A DNA stretch of 64,000 nt from Dicyema japonicum (taxonomy: Eukaryota > Animalia > Dicyemida): the NCBI GenBank assembly GCA_011109175.1, contig RDEW01000013.1, positions 659,221-723,220 on the forward strand, read 5' to 3'. Positions 13,013 to 27,269 of this stretch are shown piece after piece. Every line of letters starts with the position of its first letter. The first letter of the stretch is position 1. Both the position numbers and the translations under genes were made by a program. A model generated the notes under the pieces. That model did not search any database. It saw only the letters and a program-made list of their open reading frames with translations, and was not told the DNA's origin.

Positions 13013-15000
13013 CAGTGGTTCCCCAACCTTAAGGTGCTCGCGAAACCCTTTTGGGCTAATTTTGTGTGCGGAACAATTTCATAATTGTAATAACCAAAAA
13101 CAATTTTAATGTGAACAGAGGTAATTTTTATCATAGCATAGTTGTGTGACATTATGAGTTATTGTTGACAACTTATCCTCATATCAGAAAAGCATTGAGT
13201 TTATATATTTTGTTTTTGTAGATGTACAGTGCTTAGTATATAACTCATGAGTTTGGAAAAGGTTAGCTTACTGAAATCTCAATTTTAGGAAAAATCATGT
13301 TCTGGGGGTGTTTCTCTTATTACGGTGTGGGCCATTTGGTAGCCATTGAGGGTAATATGAATACTGCAAGATACATAAACATTCTTACAAATCATCTCCC
13401 TCAGTCTGCTGAAAAAGGGGTCTATGAGACTACGTTTTTCAGCAGGATAACGCACCAAGCCACACAGCGAGGATCATAAAAGAGGTTTTAATGAAAAACA
13501 AATTAAACAAATCAAGCGGTCCCCTCAGTTTCCGGATTTAAACCCCATCGAGAATTTGTGGAGTCACGTAAAATGAGAAACGTGCAATAGCAATTATGGG
13601 ACCATAAATGACTTGAAGATGGAGGTTTAAGAGTTTGGGAGGAAATCCCACAAAGTTTAACAGAGAAGCTCATTAATTCAATTAAAAAAGCTTTTGGCAC
13701 GTATATTTCGCACATGGTGGACACACAAAATGTAAAAAATTCAAATGTACGATTTTCATTGATCAGTAAAAATAAAAAATTTCCTGTTTGTTCAGTAATT
13801 AGGAATTTAATGATAATAAAAAACTCATTGAAGCTCTATATATAAGATAAAAGTCGGAATTAATTAAAAAATGAAACTATTTCCCTTAAAAAAATTGAGA
13901 ACTTAAATGCACAATTTTCTATGCTATAAACACTGTACAAATTGAAAACCCCATTCGCATAAGTAATTCGTTGGAAGAGGCAATAGTTTATGTATCCTTT
14001 TCTGAGATATCAAGATATTTTGAAATGTATGCTCTCTAAAAATTAAAAAAGGGATTTATTTTTATATATCTGATTTGACGTTGATTTTGATGTCAATAAG
14101 ATGTTCATTTTCAGTTGATGTTAGATTTGCTGGTAACTTTGAATGGATTTTGAACTCAAATTTATCCGGACAATATTTCGCAATATTATCACCCAAAATT
14201 ACAAAATGATCTTTGATGTCATTAAGAACTGTATCCTCCAATGCGCATTTTGATTCATCGAGATACTCTTGCAAAACGGCAAAGCTGCAATTTATTTTTA
14301 TTTACGGATGACCAACAAAATTGAACTTTCCGTTTTAAGGCCATTACTTTGTCGTTCAATATAAACAGTTTGATATTTAATTCGTTGGAAAAGGTAATAG
14401 TACGATCAGGAGACCCTCATGAGCGCTGCTGGTTACTGAGCGAATCTGGCTCGCTATCCTGAGAGGGATAGCCACGCAGTCAGAGAAGCCGCTATATGTA
14501 ACCAAAGATTGTTTTCCAAATTTTTGTAAATTGGAAAATTTAGATTCTTAAGAAACACAACAAGCTCGTAATTCAAACAAACGTTGCTGTACCCTTCCAC
14601 GTGACAACCATCTTACTTCTGTATGTCAATCCTCCACAAAAGAACTGGATCCCATTTCACTCATCAATTTGAATGGCAAAAACCATTAGAATCATTGAAA
14701 CCGAAAGTTTCTGAATTCGCCTTGAATAGTATTAATTGACAAAAAAACAAGATCCACTTTCATTTGTTCGCCATAAATACACTCGATGATTTTTTTTGAA
14801 CATGGCTTTATAAGATTTTTGCATGTGCCTCTCCACAGCGTGCTACAAGATAACTCGCCTGTTTAATTAAAATAATTATATACTTCATAAGATGCTCTGG
14901 TCGATTTTGGACATTTCCAACTTGCACTTGGAGATGCATTAATTTGTTTTGAAAAAGGGAAATATCTTTATATTTTAAATATGGATGCTTCATCAATAAA
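13013..15000 (-). mobile_element. hAT (Charlie/ZBED5-like) transposon remnant
   Basis: TIR-like CAGTGGTTCCCCAAC at 13013; HTEVRWLSRG near 14600; the YLCE.GFS..TKTKY dimerisation motif is split by a Tc1 insertion. Confidence 0.8.
13227..13935 (+). mobile_element. Internally deleted Tc1-like element nested in the hAT
   Basis: TA|CAGTG...CACTG|TA ends; MFWGCFSYYGVG, QQDNAP.H and PDLNPIENLW motifs. Confidence 0.85.
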
Positions 15001-15148
15001 TTTATAGATAGTAGGCAGGAGCAAGGGATGTGTTAGGCATTATATGATGGCATATTACACATTCTGTCGTATGAAGTAAATAGATCCGTTCTGAGAAAAC
15101 CCACATGAGAGGTAGCCTTCATCATATTTTCTTTTCTAAAATTTTTTA

Positions 15149-15240
15149 AAGCACTACCGCGTTGCCATAAGCACGTAAGATGCCTAGGGTTTCGCTCGTG
15201 CAGAACATACACTTTATTTCAGTAAAAAACAGTTACCTTG
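15149..15240 (-). mobile_element. Fragment of the SINE/RTE shared 3' tail
   Basis: Closely matches 57195-57280. Confidence 0.7.
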
Positions 15241-15329
15241 CGACCCAGAATTGGGGAAATCTTTCCCAATTTTGAGGTTTTCCCCCAAAAAGAGGGTTTT
15301 TTTTAAATGTTCCAGAAATTGTTCGCTGC

Positions 15330-15545
15330 AGTCCTCTTTATCACTACTATTATCATCCCAGATGCTCTCCAAAATCGCAATTTCCACAATATCCGAATCA
15401 ATCAGACTTTCTCCGGTGTCCTCTTTCTTCCGACAGTCATATTCCAAAGCTTTTTCAAAGCAATGTCGTATTGAAGTTTCTGCAATCTCGCCCCATGCCA
15501 ATTTCGAACATGAAATAGCATCCAATTTTGTGATTCCCTTTATTG
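15330..15545 (-). mobile_element. pogo/Tigger transposase C-terminal fragment
   Basis: DAI..AWGEI..TSIRHCFEKA motif. Confidence 0.6.
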
Positions 15546-15554
15546 ATTCATCTA

Positions 15555-15918
15555 TTTGAAAAATTCAGAATGCCCTTTCAATGAAAAAGACTGACATCTC
15601 ATTCTTTAACTCGAAATCTCTCGTTTATGCTTTACCCTTTGACAGCCATCACTAAACGACATTTGACTGGATCTACAATACAAGTAAAAACTAAATAATA
15701 CTTTGTTGTTTTTTTCAAATGCACAAAATAATCCACAGATTTTTTGAATAGTAACGATGCTTGGAAGTAAAATGTCTATTTAGTTTGCTAGGAACCATAT
15801 CATCATTATCCAAAACTTCCATGCAAATTAAGCATTGAGGTAGTTTTCTTTTATCATCGCATGTAGATCCAAATGACAAATAAGAATTTTTATATGAACG
15901 ACGAACTGATTTACCCAT
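15555..15918 (-). mobile_element. hAT (ZBED5-like) 5' fragment with BED-type Zn finger
   Basis: MGKSVRRSYK.SYLSFG..PQCLIC..PSKLNRHF.SKH; same family as 57728-57950. Confidence 0.8.
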
Positions 15919-16289
15919 TATAATGATAATAACACCAGAGACCACGGATACAAAAACTAACTAATCACGTGTTCCCAGGACGCACTAGCAGGACACAGTT
16001 TGACAATCTCTGCTATAAGTTTTCCATCATACTTAAAGTTTTTGATATTGATGGTTCACATAGACATTGTCTATAATTTTTTTGCCAACAGTCAGAAATA
16101 ATTTCAGCATTACTCCGTGCATCTGAGATTCTTGTTACCACTGATCACAAGAAATAGATTCTCCTGAAGATTCTTTGAATTCTAATTCATGCCTCTGTTT
16201 GAATTTTGAATTTTAGTTCATGCCTCTGCTTGAATTTCTCTAATTTGAAGTTTTAAAATTGTTTCAGCCCATTCTCGAAAAAACTGTTA

Positions 16290-17700
16290 GTGAAATTTTT
16301 TTAAAGAGTTTCAGAAACTGGAGCATTCTGCTTTTCATCAGAAACATTCATCCCGTGTTTGTGTTCAATCAGCATGCTTTCTAGAGTCCTTTTAAATACA
16401 ACTGACTGGAATTAAGTTCTCGTTGCTCCTTCAACAGATAGCTTATCCATATAGTTTTTGAAGCATTTCGAGACAACTCCATCCCAAGTCATAACTAGTG
16501 GGATAATCTACCTGAAAATCGTAGAGAAGCGATAGCTCATTTTCGAGGGAGTCGATCTTGCGACATTTTTCTACTACCCCCTGTTTTAGGAGATCCTAAG
16601 ATGTAATTGTTGAACTGTACTTTTATTTCGGTCAGAATCGACGTATCGACTCTTATCTCAACATTCTGTGTTGATAGAATCGACTGAACTGAATGCCCCT
16701 TCAACTTTTCAGTCCCTTTGATTCCATATACTCTGCATAGATGGAGAAGTAAGCACTTTACAACTTTGTTGTGTCTTCGGACGTAATCACTATTTAACGT
16801 TATACCACACTGAGTGGCCAAGTGATCAACAGTCTTCTTGTTTTTTTGCAATGGCTAGATAATGTCCCCGACGTAGAAAGGAACACATTCCTGTCTAGCA
16901 AGAGGCAATACATTGCTTCACTTCTTGGACCGATATTTCCTTTTGACAACCACCCACTGTACGTTTTTACATCAACGTTAGGTTCTTCCGTGCATCTAAA
17001 GAACACAGAATGTATTTTTACAATTAATTTTATCAAACAAATATTGAGTCTGGGTGGTCTTGAGGGACTGAATATCCATGTTGTCCTTGTCGGCAATTCC
17101 ATGTTTAGAGACAAGAAATCCTGCGATTGTAGCCAATGCCATTTCCTTGATTTAATTACTCGCAGAATCCCCGACCTCCGCAAACATATGTCCGACTGCC
17201 TTTACAGATTTGTGTAAACCGGAAAAGCATCAGTTCACTTTTGAAAGTGACCGAAGTAAGTCCTCTCCCGAAGTCTTCCAGTTTAAATATAACCTCTCTA
17301 TTTTCAGGTTTGAGGTGTAACCTGAGGGTCGTAAGCAGTTGCCGTATTTGAAGGTCAATAGATGTCGTATTCATTTATTGCATGAAACAAGTTCGTAAAA
17401 TTTAACTTGGTTTTTGAAAGCATGGTTATCTTCGTAACATTTTCAAAAATGGACTCTATAACTTTATTCTTGAGAACATTACTTCCTCCATCTTCAAAAA
17501 CATCCAAATATCGATATCCATTAACTCCGTCCAAAGTCTCACCGCATGATAACGATTTAACATTTGAAGCTGACTTTTTCGAATTCATTTCCAAACCCGC
17601 AACATGAAAGAACTCGCGAAGAACTTCCATCACTTTAATAACAGTATCTTAGATCGTCAATAAAAAACTCTGAAATCTATATTTTTACCATTTTGCTCCT
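16290..17700 (-). mobile_element. Decayed R4/Dong-like RLE non-LTR element, copy B
   Basis: Duplicate of 340-1745. Confidence 0.8.
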
Positions 17701-18996
17701 CAATACAATCGACTACATCATACTTACCCCCTTTTATTTTTTGACCATCTATTTCTGCTGACACAGACTTGAACTCTTAGAATGTTTCTCATTGAACTGA
17801 TTAGGGATAAAGCTCCATTCACCCTTAGGGATCCTCCAAATCTCTGTTCCCCAGCATAAACTATCTCAGACTTAAAATTATCATAATATTCATTAAAAGT
17901 TTCTGAAAAAAGATCTGTAGATCTGAAGGTCGTGGGTTCGAATCCAAAAAATGGAGTTTCCAGCGAAGGTCAATTGTCGCCAAACAGATTTCACCCGTGA
18001 GGCAACGAGTCTTTCTGGCACGACACGGTTGCTGAAAATTTTTCCTACATTCTCCTGACCAAATCCACTGTGAAGGTTACATTATGAAAACTCTTCTGCC
18101 GAAGAATGAAGTGATGTCCGCGACGGTAGGACGTGTGATGAAAATGGAAGTTGCGAACCAACTACTCCACTTCTCTTACGAAGTGGAAGCAAGTAATGGA
18201 ATATTGGAGGATGGATTTGGTAGACACAAGCACATGCTGTCTCTTGGGTTCCTTCCTTAGATTAATTAGTCATAACTAGGCCAATTTTTTATTTGCATAT
18301 CATAAAGATATTTCGTCAATCGAAAAAACCAACGTGAGCGAGTCCCAAGTTAGAGAAGTATAATTGGCTGTAAGCTAGCGAACTGCATTGATGGAATTAT
18401 ATAAACGTTTTTCATAGCTTTATAATTAAAAGATAACTAATCGAATATTTCAAAAAACCATCGGTTGTTATTTCTACAACAATGTTAATTTTTGGGATAT
18501 TGAAGGACTAAATACTCCACTTGTGAAGTACCATTTGTTCTTGGTTTGATTGCAGTGCCGACTACAAAGTCCGAATCCAATCAGGAATATAAGTGTATGA
18601 TCACGACTTTTCTTAGGACAAATAGCAAGGAATGGATGAGTAGTCGACCTAAGATCAAATCTGTTCAAGAAGTTATACAATATTTTTTATTTAATACCGA
18701 TAAATTGAAAAAGAAATACAGAGTAAACAACTATTAAATGTGTCCATTTCCCACTAGAGACTAGTCCATACTCGAAAGTCAATCCAGACTCAGTTCTTGT
18801 GAAAACCTTTTCAAGGAATGGAGAGAGACAATGGTAAGATGTCAATCTGACAACAGCTGAGGCAATTGAAGCATATGACACCGATTGAATAAAATAGAGT
18901 TAAAATTAAAAGGCCATTTATTTTTGTGATTATTTTTTTTTCAATTTTTTTGGGAAATCCAAATAAATATAAAATAGTTAAATAATAAATTACACA

Positions 18997-19711
18997 ATGA
19001 CAACAAACTCTATAATTGCATTTAAATACTCCGATTGTGCAATAATTGCCTCTGATTCTATTGAAGATAATGATATTCCTGAATGTAAGACAACCATAAT
19101 ATTAAGACGGTGATAATATTTGTTACAGAATATTTCAAATCACATTATCTCTTGGGATTGGAATTGTCGGAGTAGAACATGAAATTATAGACATATACAA
19201 CAGATCCATATATTATGCAAAGTGAGTGCTGTGCTAATAAATAGTCAACATACTATTAAACATGGAACTGATATATCACTACGGAATTTTGTATCAAAAA
19301 TTCAACCTTATATACGAAATCAAAAATATCACATGGTTTTATCAATTTATATTTTAGGAACTAATAATTCTCGGTCCTGAATCTGATTCTATTAATTTAG
19401 TGAAATTAGACAGTGAGGCCAATTTGCATACAAAAAATTTATTTTGTATCGGATCCAATTCAAACTTGTTGGAGAGGGATTTAAATATAGCGTAAATATT
19501 CACTATTTATTTAGTCTTTTTACTTATTTACCGAAAAGTACAAAAAACGCTGTTCAGATAGCTTTTAATTTTTTATTCAGTGTAGCGTCTTTGAAGCAAA
19601 CATTTGTTTACACAAAAAGTAAATTTTATATTTATTTAAGTGTGGATTCTCAATCCGGTTAAAAAAGTAGGAGAGTTCATTACTCAATTTGGAAATAAGA
19701 TTTTGAGATGA
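18997..19711 (+). CDS. Divergent proteasome-subunit-like (Ntn-fold, beta-like) protein, 200 aa, 6 exons, intact copy
   Basis: Five GT-AG introns of 22-23 nt (e.g. 19085-19106, 19336-19357) give one open frame: MTTNSIIAFKYSDCAIIASDS..RIFQIT.SLGIGIVG..LIILG..LVKLD..FCIGSNS..AVQIA. Six synonymous and four non-synonymous codon differences versus copy A. Confidence 0.65.
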
Positions 19712-21763
19712 TATTTATTTTTTGTTTGTTAAAATTGGGGTAATATTTATTTTATGCTACCACTTGGCTCATATATAAATGTTTTACATTAATGCTTCAT
19801 GCATTACTCGCAATCTATTCTTAGATAATCTATTACACCATAATTTTAATTGAATTTATAAAATATTTAAAAAAAAATTAATTTATAAAATATTTAAAAC
19901 AAAATGTCTTTAATACTCAGATCTGAGTACATAAAAATCTGCCTCTTGAAGATTTAATACGAGTGAACCATGGAACTCGCCGTCGTGACTGCGAAGGTCC
20001 AGTCACTCGACCGATACGTGCTTGTGTGGGGTCGAGCGAGGGGCATCGGGCCAAGATGAGGTCCCTGCTAGAGCGTGCTGGGAGCACGTGATTAGTTAGT
20101 TTGTGTGACCGTGGTCTCTAGTGTTATTATTATAAAAAGCTAATGATGCGAATTTATTCAAAACACCAAGTGAACATACCTTGTCCCTCTACAATATTGC
20201 CTTGATTACGTTAAACTGAAGGAATTTGAATCTATTGACGTGCAAATTCGTCATATCTTATCGGAGTTCACTAACAAGGAAAGGGAGGGGGAATTTCCCA
20301 CAAAGGTGAGTGAATTTATATTTGAATGGAAGTAATGGAAATAAGGTTAAGAATTCATGGACCACGTTTCTACACGACGTGGATACAAGAGAATGGCTAA
20401 CAGTGATTGCATAAGGAGACATAATGAAGTGGTAGGATGGATACTTCTGGATTTGTGTGACAGCAATAAATCATGCACTTTGTGTACTGTCAATGGTTTA
20501 AACCCAAGTGGACATTTCGTGAAAGTAGGTTCAACACAATGAACTCGATATTCTTGTACATGACGAAATGACAAATGAGATTGTAATCGTTGAAATACGA
20601 GTCATAAATTTGACTTATTGACTGGGGAGATAAAACTTGTGCAAAACTCCAGTATTGTTTTAACATGGGTAAGGTTTCCAGATCCTATAAAGCTTAAATG
20701 GGAGTTATGTAAATTGGTGTGATAATGAGGGGACATATTTGTTTTGTTGAAGAGGACACTTGAGAGTACTTTAGTTGAGTACATAAGGAAGAGAAGTCTA
20801 TAATGATAATCCATGTGCTAAAATTGGCAACCTGGTGGATGATGAGTGAATTCTTCGCTCCATTTACCTTAAAGTGTGTGTTAACGAAAATCATCCCATG
20901 TCATCCAAGTTGATTGCTGGTCGTTTAAACAACTTCTGAATTGGTTAAAGTTTTTGAACAGAAATTTGGAAGACTTATTGAAAAATCATCTAATCAGTGA
21001 CGAAGGGTATCAAGGAATGCGTCAAGGAGTTAAAGAACAGGCAACACTTAGAGGGTTCTCGACAATCCTGGACTTGCTTACAGGATCGTAATATGAACAT
21101 AAAAAAATTGGGGAATCAATATGAAAACAGGAATACTGCAGTGAGACTTTAAGACCTCATATCTTTGTATTCGTGATGGATCATCTGACCAAAAAACACC
21201 AAAGTGGTTATTGATAGCCACGACCAAGGATCTCTTAGTTACACAGCGAACCACCTCTGTGACCTAAAATATTTTCTCGAATAAAGGAAATTAATATTTT
21301 TTTGTAGCCGCTTGACTCGAACAATAACACAAGTCTGCTACTAATGTGCATAACCTTGGGACAATCTTCCTTATTTACTACTGGAACATACTCTTCAAAA
21401 TGAAATACCGACATAAATTGACAATCACCACAGCAACTTAAAAATTTCGTCAATCAATAACGACAATTATGATGGTTTGATAAAAAAATAAAATTCTTTC
21501 AACCTTTAAGGCCCCTGGCTATTTGATAAATTATCGGTGGTTATCGTTCGAGGTCAATTCTCATAGATCTAAACGTACATTGGAGGAGAGTACAGGAATT
21601 TGATTCTGCCGGAAAATTTCATAATTGTTATTTTCCGCAATAGATTTGGCTAAAGAAAAAGTAGAAAGATTTCTCCCAACTAGTGTGTTGTGCCAGAAGG
21701 ACTTGTCGGGTGGAATCTATTTAACCTCGTTGATTCTTCAATAGATAATTTATCCATTAAATT

Positions 21764-24473
21764 CTGTTGTGGTGGTGTGGTGTAATTGAGAAAAAGTAAC
21801 CAGAAGCGATATGCAAAAGATCGACAAAAGAGAAGAGCTTTGTAATTTTGCAATAAAATTAACAAAAGAAAGCGGCTGATATGTTGTGTCGTTTGTTCGT
21901 CGGTTTTTCACATGTCATGTGTTGGAATGACCAAAAAAGCCCTTACCACCATTACCAACTGGTGTTGCCAGGCATGCCTCCTTCCTGGGACGAAAGCACC
22001 ATCGACTCCACCTAATTCACCTGAACGAATACCAATAGATTACCAGAAAACCCTTGAATCAATTGCAAACCTGGCATCTACACGAAGGATCATGATCAAA
22101 ATTCCAAAAGCTGCCCGTGTTCCTGCCGCCGACTGTTTACACGATTGTATTGAAAGGGCAATTTCTTCGACTGACCCAGTGGATTGGACACGATTATTCT
22201 ACTTTGCACCATACACGCTATGTATGCCCTGTCAGAAGAGGAAAGATCAGGAATCGCTCACGTCTATTGTAAAGGAAAATATTTGCTTGTTTTCTTCTGG
22301 AAATTTGTTCAGTGACTCCCGAGAATATACCTTCAAGCCCTCAAACCACGAGAACCATGCCTCAGAAACACAAAGATTGGGAAGAGCGATACATCGCAAA
22401 CTATCTGAAGGTGGAGTCCGGGCCGCCGTGAGGACTCTAGAAGAGCATAACCGTCTAATTGAGCCAACTGAACACTCCTACGATGCACTGGTTGAACGAC
22501 ATCCTGGTCCGCCAGTGGACGAACAGATCCCTACTTGCTCTGGAGAATTACCTAGTCTGATTATTTCTGAGGGGGACGTGAAAGATGCGATCCTCTCATT
22601 CGCCCCAAGCAGCAGTGGGGACTTGACGGACTCCGTCCAGGACACCTAAAAGACTTAATTGATCAGAATACGGGGAACTCTGGTGTTCGGCTATTATCGG
22701 CTATAACGAGGTTAATCAACAGAATGCTTTCCGGAAGATTACCAGAAGCAATCCGTCATATTATGTTTTCCGCCAAGTTAATTGCCTTTGATAAATGTGG
22801 AGGAGGAATTCGTCCTATTGCTGTTGGGTTTGTTTTTCGTCGACTGGCTTCTAAACTTGCTAGCAGAGCAATCCTTCCGATGCTTGTCAAACAACTGCGA
22901 CCAACCCAAGTAGGGGTCGGTACTCCTGGTGGATGTGAGGCGGCGGTTCATGCCGTTCGGATGTTTACTGGAAATAGAACGAACATGCCTTGTGTGGTCC
23001 TCAAGATTGACATAAAAAACGCCTTCAATACCAAACGGCGCGATGTAATTTTGGAAGATTGTCTTACCCATAACCCGTCTATATATAATTATGTTCATTG
23101 TTCGTATGGAAAACCGTCCAGTCTTGTACATGGGAAATACTTCATTCCCTCGTCGTGTGGAGTTCAGCAAGGAGACCCACTAGGACCGGCATTGTTCTGC
23201 CTCAGTGTCGACCGTGTCATGAGATGCCTTACTACTCCGCTGAACGTGTGGTATTTGGATGATTGCACCCTGGGAGGTCATCCTAACAATGTATATGACT
23301 GTCTACAGAGATTACTAACCCAATTGGATACGCTTGGTTTAAAGCTAAACGCATCCAAATGCGAAATTGTTAATTATGGATTCTCCCGATATGAATGGAA
23401 TCGGATCCTATTAATGTTTCGGGGGATTATTCCTAAAATATCGGAAATCGAGCCGGATCATTTGGAAATACTTGGATGCCCTCTGGCTGAAACTGGAATT
23501 AACGACACTCTGTTGGCTAAAGAACAGCAACTAAGAAAAACTTTATTGGGATGCTGGATGCACATACCTCTCTTTTTCTCATGAAAAACGCTTTATCCAC
23601 GCAGAAATTAAATTACGTCCTTCGAGGAGCTCCATGTTACTGAAAATGCAACAACTCGGGGCGATTGACTCCCTATTCCGGTCTACGACCGAACGTATTA
23701 CTAATGTCGAATTCGACGAACAAGGATGGGAACAAGCAACCTTGCCCGTTCGCTTTGGTGGACTCGGAATTCTCTCACCATCTGATTTAGCACACCCGGC
23801 AATGCCCTACCCATTGGAAACGTGGGAACTCACCTAGACGATGAAACGGTCCGCACCGGAGTCTCCATCAGACTTGGATTGAAAGTTTGTCAACCCCATG
23901 AGTGCCGATGCGGCCGGAAGGTCGACTGCTATGGACATCATGCCCTTTCTTGTCGAAAAAGCGCAGGTCGATTCGCTAGACACAAGGCTGTAAATGAAGT
24001 GGTGAAGCGCGCCCTCGAGTTGGCGGGATACCCATCCATTCTAGAGCCAACGGGCTTGAGTAGGGATGATGGGAAGCGACCCGATGGAATTACTGTCTTC
24101 CCCTTCTCTCGGGGCAAATGCTTAATTTGGGATGCTGCCTGTACTGACAGCTTTTCCCAGTCGAAACTTTTGAGGTCGGCAATGAAAGCGGGAGAGGCCG
24201 CCCGTTTATATGAAAACTCAAAAATAAAGAAATACAGCAGCCTCCTAAACCGTTTCCATGTACAGCCAGTGGTCGTCGAGACGAGCGGAGTCTTTGGCCC
24301 CAGGACGGTCTCTTTCCTTAGAGCACTTGGGTGTCTATTGACCAAAGCCTCGAGGAAGCGTCGGGAAACCGAGTGGCTTTTCCAAAGGATATCCCTGGCA
24401 GTAGTCAGAGGTAACAGCCAGTCGATCATATCCGCTGGACTAAGTAATTAACTACTCATGTTTCCTAATAATA
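21764..24473 (+). mobile_element. CRE-clade PHD-RT-RLE element, copy B, with about 230 bp internal deletion
   Basis: Same motifs as copy A; TSD at 21747-21763 and 24474-24490 (one mismatch); sequence equivalent to about 7845-8075 is missing. Confidence 0.92.
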
Positions 24474-26804
24474 AAATTATCCATTAAATTATAGTATTTT
24501 TAAAAAAATAAATTTATTACTAAAGCAATCAAATCACATTTAAAATCCAATTTTTAAAAATTTTACTAAAAATTGTGAGAACAAAAAAATGTAATTAACG
24601 TGTGGTGACCATGTAAATCTGCATTCGAATGTCCTCAAATGTAGCCAAAGCTACAATAGAGCCATTTTCAATTCCCCAAACAGTTGTTTCATTATTCTAA
24701 GAATAAGATATTACATATTTACATTTGTAGGATGAACATGATGAGGACACGCAAATTGAATTTCCCATGATACTGAATTATCGAATTTATGGATGACTTG
24801 GGACATTTTTAATATGGTTCGAAGTAAAATTTTAGAATCGGAAAAATTATTAGTATTTTGTAAAGTAATATAAAATACTATTTTTTCGATTATTGTTGTA
24901 TTATTTTTTATAATTAAAAATAAATAAAAAGGTTGGTTACCCACTAGTAAAATAAAAAAATCGTCGATAAAGCTTTTAATGTAATCCTTTATCTTTTCGT
25001 TACGACATTTCTATTATTTAACCACAAATATACATAATATAGCTTTTTAAATCTGAACCAATTATCTTGGTAAATTCCAGTTAGGTAAATATAACTATGA
25101 ATTGTATACTTTATTATTTTTTTTATTTTCTTTACTAAATATATAACATTACTTTACCATCCACATCGCACATTTATGTAATTTTATTTAAATATTAAAA
25201 TTATTTATTTTAAAATTATTTATTTTAATTGGGTAGTTGTATTTTCCTTCCTTCCGATGGCATCACTGGATCCACCTAACTGAGGAGGCGCACAATGCCT
25301 GACCTGCATCAAGAGATCCAACAATTCTTTCCCGGGAACAACGTCGTTACCAGGTGACAAGTTCTGGAATACTGGAACGAGTCAGGATCGAGGAGTTAGT
25401 TAGTTTGGTTACCTTTGGTCTTTGGAAATAATTTTAATTTTTTATTGGCCACGTGGTTCTGTGTTACCATTTACTACTTTATTGAAGATTTCTCTTCTTT
25501 CCTTCTAGCGGCGTCATCAGATCCACCTTACTCAGGGAGACCCCCAATGCCTGGCCAGCATTCAAAGGATCCATCGTTTATTCGACCAGGATACTTTTCG
25601 CTCTCTGAGACGAGTTGTGGCTTCTACCTCATTTCCTCGGACAATGTCCTCTGGATCACTGTTCATGTATAAAGGCTCTACCGGAACTCGTCAGGATCAT
25701 GGGTTAGTTAGTTTAGTTTCCCCTTTTCTGTGCAACAAGATCAAAGGATCAGAATCCTAATCTTACTAGAATTACACCAAAGCACGTGGAGTTGGTTGAC
25801 AACCTGTCAAAACACCTTGTTACGGTAGTCCAGACTATCTATCTTCTCTCCAACCTCAAAATCCAAAAATCACTTAATGCTCAGTTTTAAATGGAAGAAT
25901 GCATCTCGTGGTAATGGTTGATCCCCCTCATACATTGGCCTCTTCCTTTCTCAGGCACTACAAAGTACCGCAAGCCTTGTCCGATATCCACACAAAACTC
26001 ATCCGTCTTATCAACATCTAATCAATATACCCTCATGTACTTTCCACCTTCGACATACTCCAATAAAGACGACCTCCACAACTTGTAATTCCTACGTAAC
26101 AATGTGAATGCTATAATTTGTAGCGACCTCTATGCGAACATAGGACTCGTACGTCTACAGTGTGGACACAGTTATCTCTGGATGAAAAGTAAGTTCGAAA
26201 TCTCATTGGTCCACCTGGACCTAACATGAAAGTGTAGAATCTCTAGGAGTGAGTTGTTTAGCGGCACCACTTTCCTAATGACTTGTTGAAACATGAGAAA
26301 TATTAGTAAATGCAGTAATTATCGTTTAAAGCCATAAGGTTATCTGTATTTCACGACTTTCTATTTTATAGAATGCAGTTCCGTCAACCACATTTGGACT
26401 CCGTATTGAATGATTTTCTATCAATAAAACATTGATGTGGATATCTTTTCCAATTAAATCTCAGTTATTGTAATTTTTAATGTGTGTCAAACCAACAATT
26501 CGAAGCCTTAAAAATAATAGTGCACATTCGCAAAAAGAAAGTTATATCATTCCCGTCGCTTGTGCCATCCTGGATGATCCAGTCTGTTAACTCTTCCACG
26601 CTCTTCTGAGATTACGATTTTTCGGAGGCTGTCTTGATCATCTGCGTCTTCTTTAACATGTTTTATCGATTTCATTAATAAAATAATTTAAATGTGAATT
26701 AAATTATTTTTTATGTTATTGATTTTTTTATTAAATTTAAATAAATTTAATTAAAAAAATTTTAAACAAATGAAAGAAAGAAAAAATATTAAGCATTGCA
26801 CGAT

Positions 26805-27000
26805 CGGATCACTTTCTATCTCATTGTGGTCGAGACAACTGGAGAAATAAGTGTAAAATCGCTTCGCTTCCTAAAGAAGCTTGGACACCTAGCTACACTA
26901 AAAAGCTACGACGCACGTGAGACCCGGTGGTTTTTCCAGTTGATCTCTGTGCAATCGTGAGAGGCAACGCAACGTCGATAATGTCAGCTGGGTCCACTTT
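26805..27000 (+). mobile_element. CRE-like 3' (RLE) fragment
   Basis: IVVETTG..LRFLKKLG..RETRWFFQ..IVRGNA.SIMSAG, homologous to the C-terminus of the 5804-8745 element. Confidence 0.8.
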
Positions 27001-27269
27001 GAATGGTTTGGCTGTGTTAATTTAATTAAATTTTTGATTGTATTTTATAATAAAGTAATCTGAAATTTAAATTAATTAAAAATGTTAAAGGATTACTTAA
27101 TTTATGGAACTTATAATAATAATAACTTGAATGACCATGCTGTTTTAGATGTGCACTTGAAACCATTCAGTCTCAAGTGGATTCTTAGTGACCCATTGGA
27201 TCATTAGCCGATCCGATGAACTAAGTCTTCAGTTCGTAAGCCACGGATTCCTGACTACTCATCACCAAA

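Larger units (their letters stand above)
15953..25735 (+). repeat. Segmental duplication, copy B
   Basis: Colinear with 1-9990. Confidence 0.95.

Noticed and set aside
26300-26676. Possible small minus-strand host gene (MKSIKHVKEDADD...)
   Set aside because: No consistent exon chain or recognisable domain could be built.
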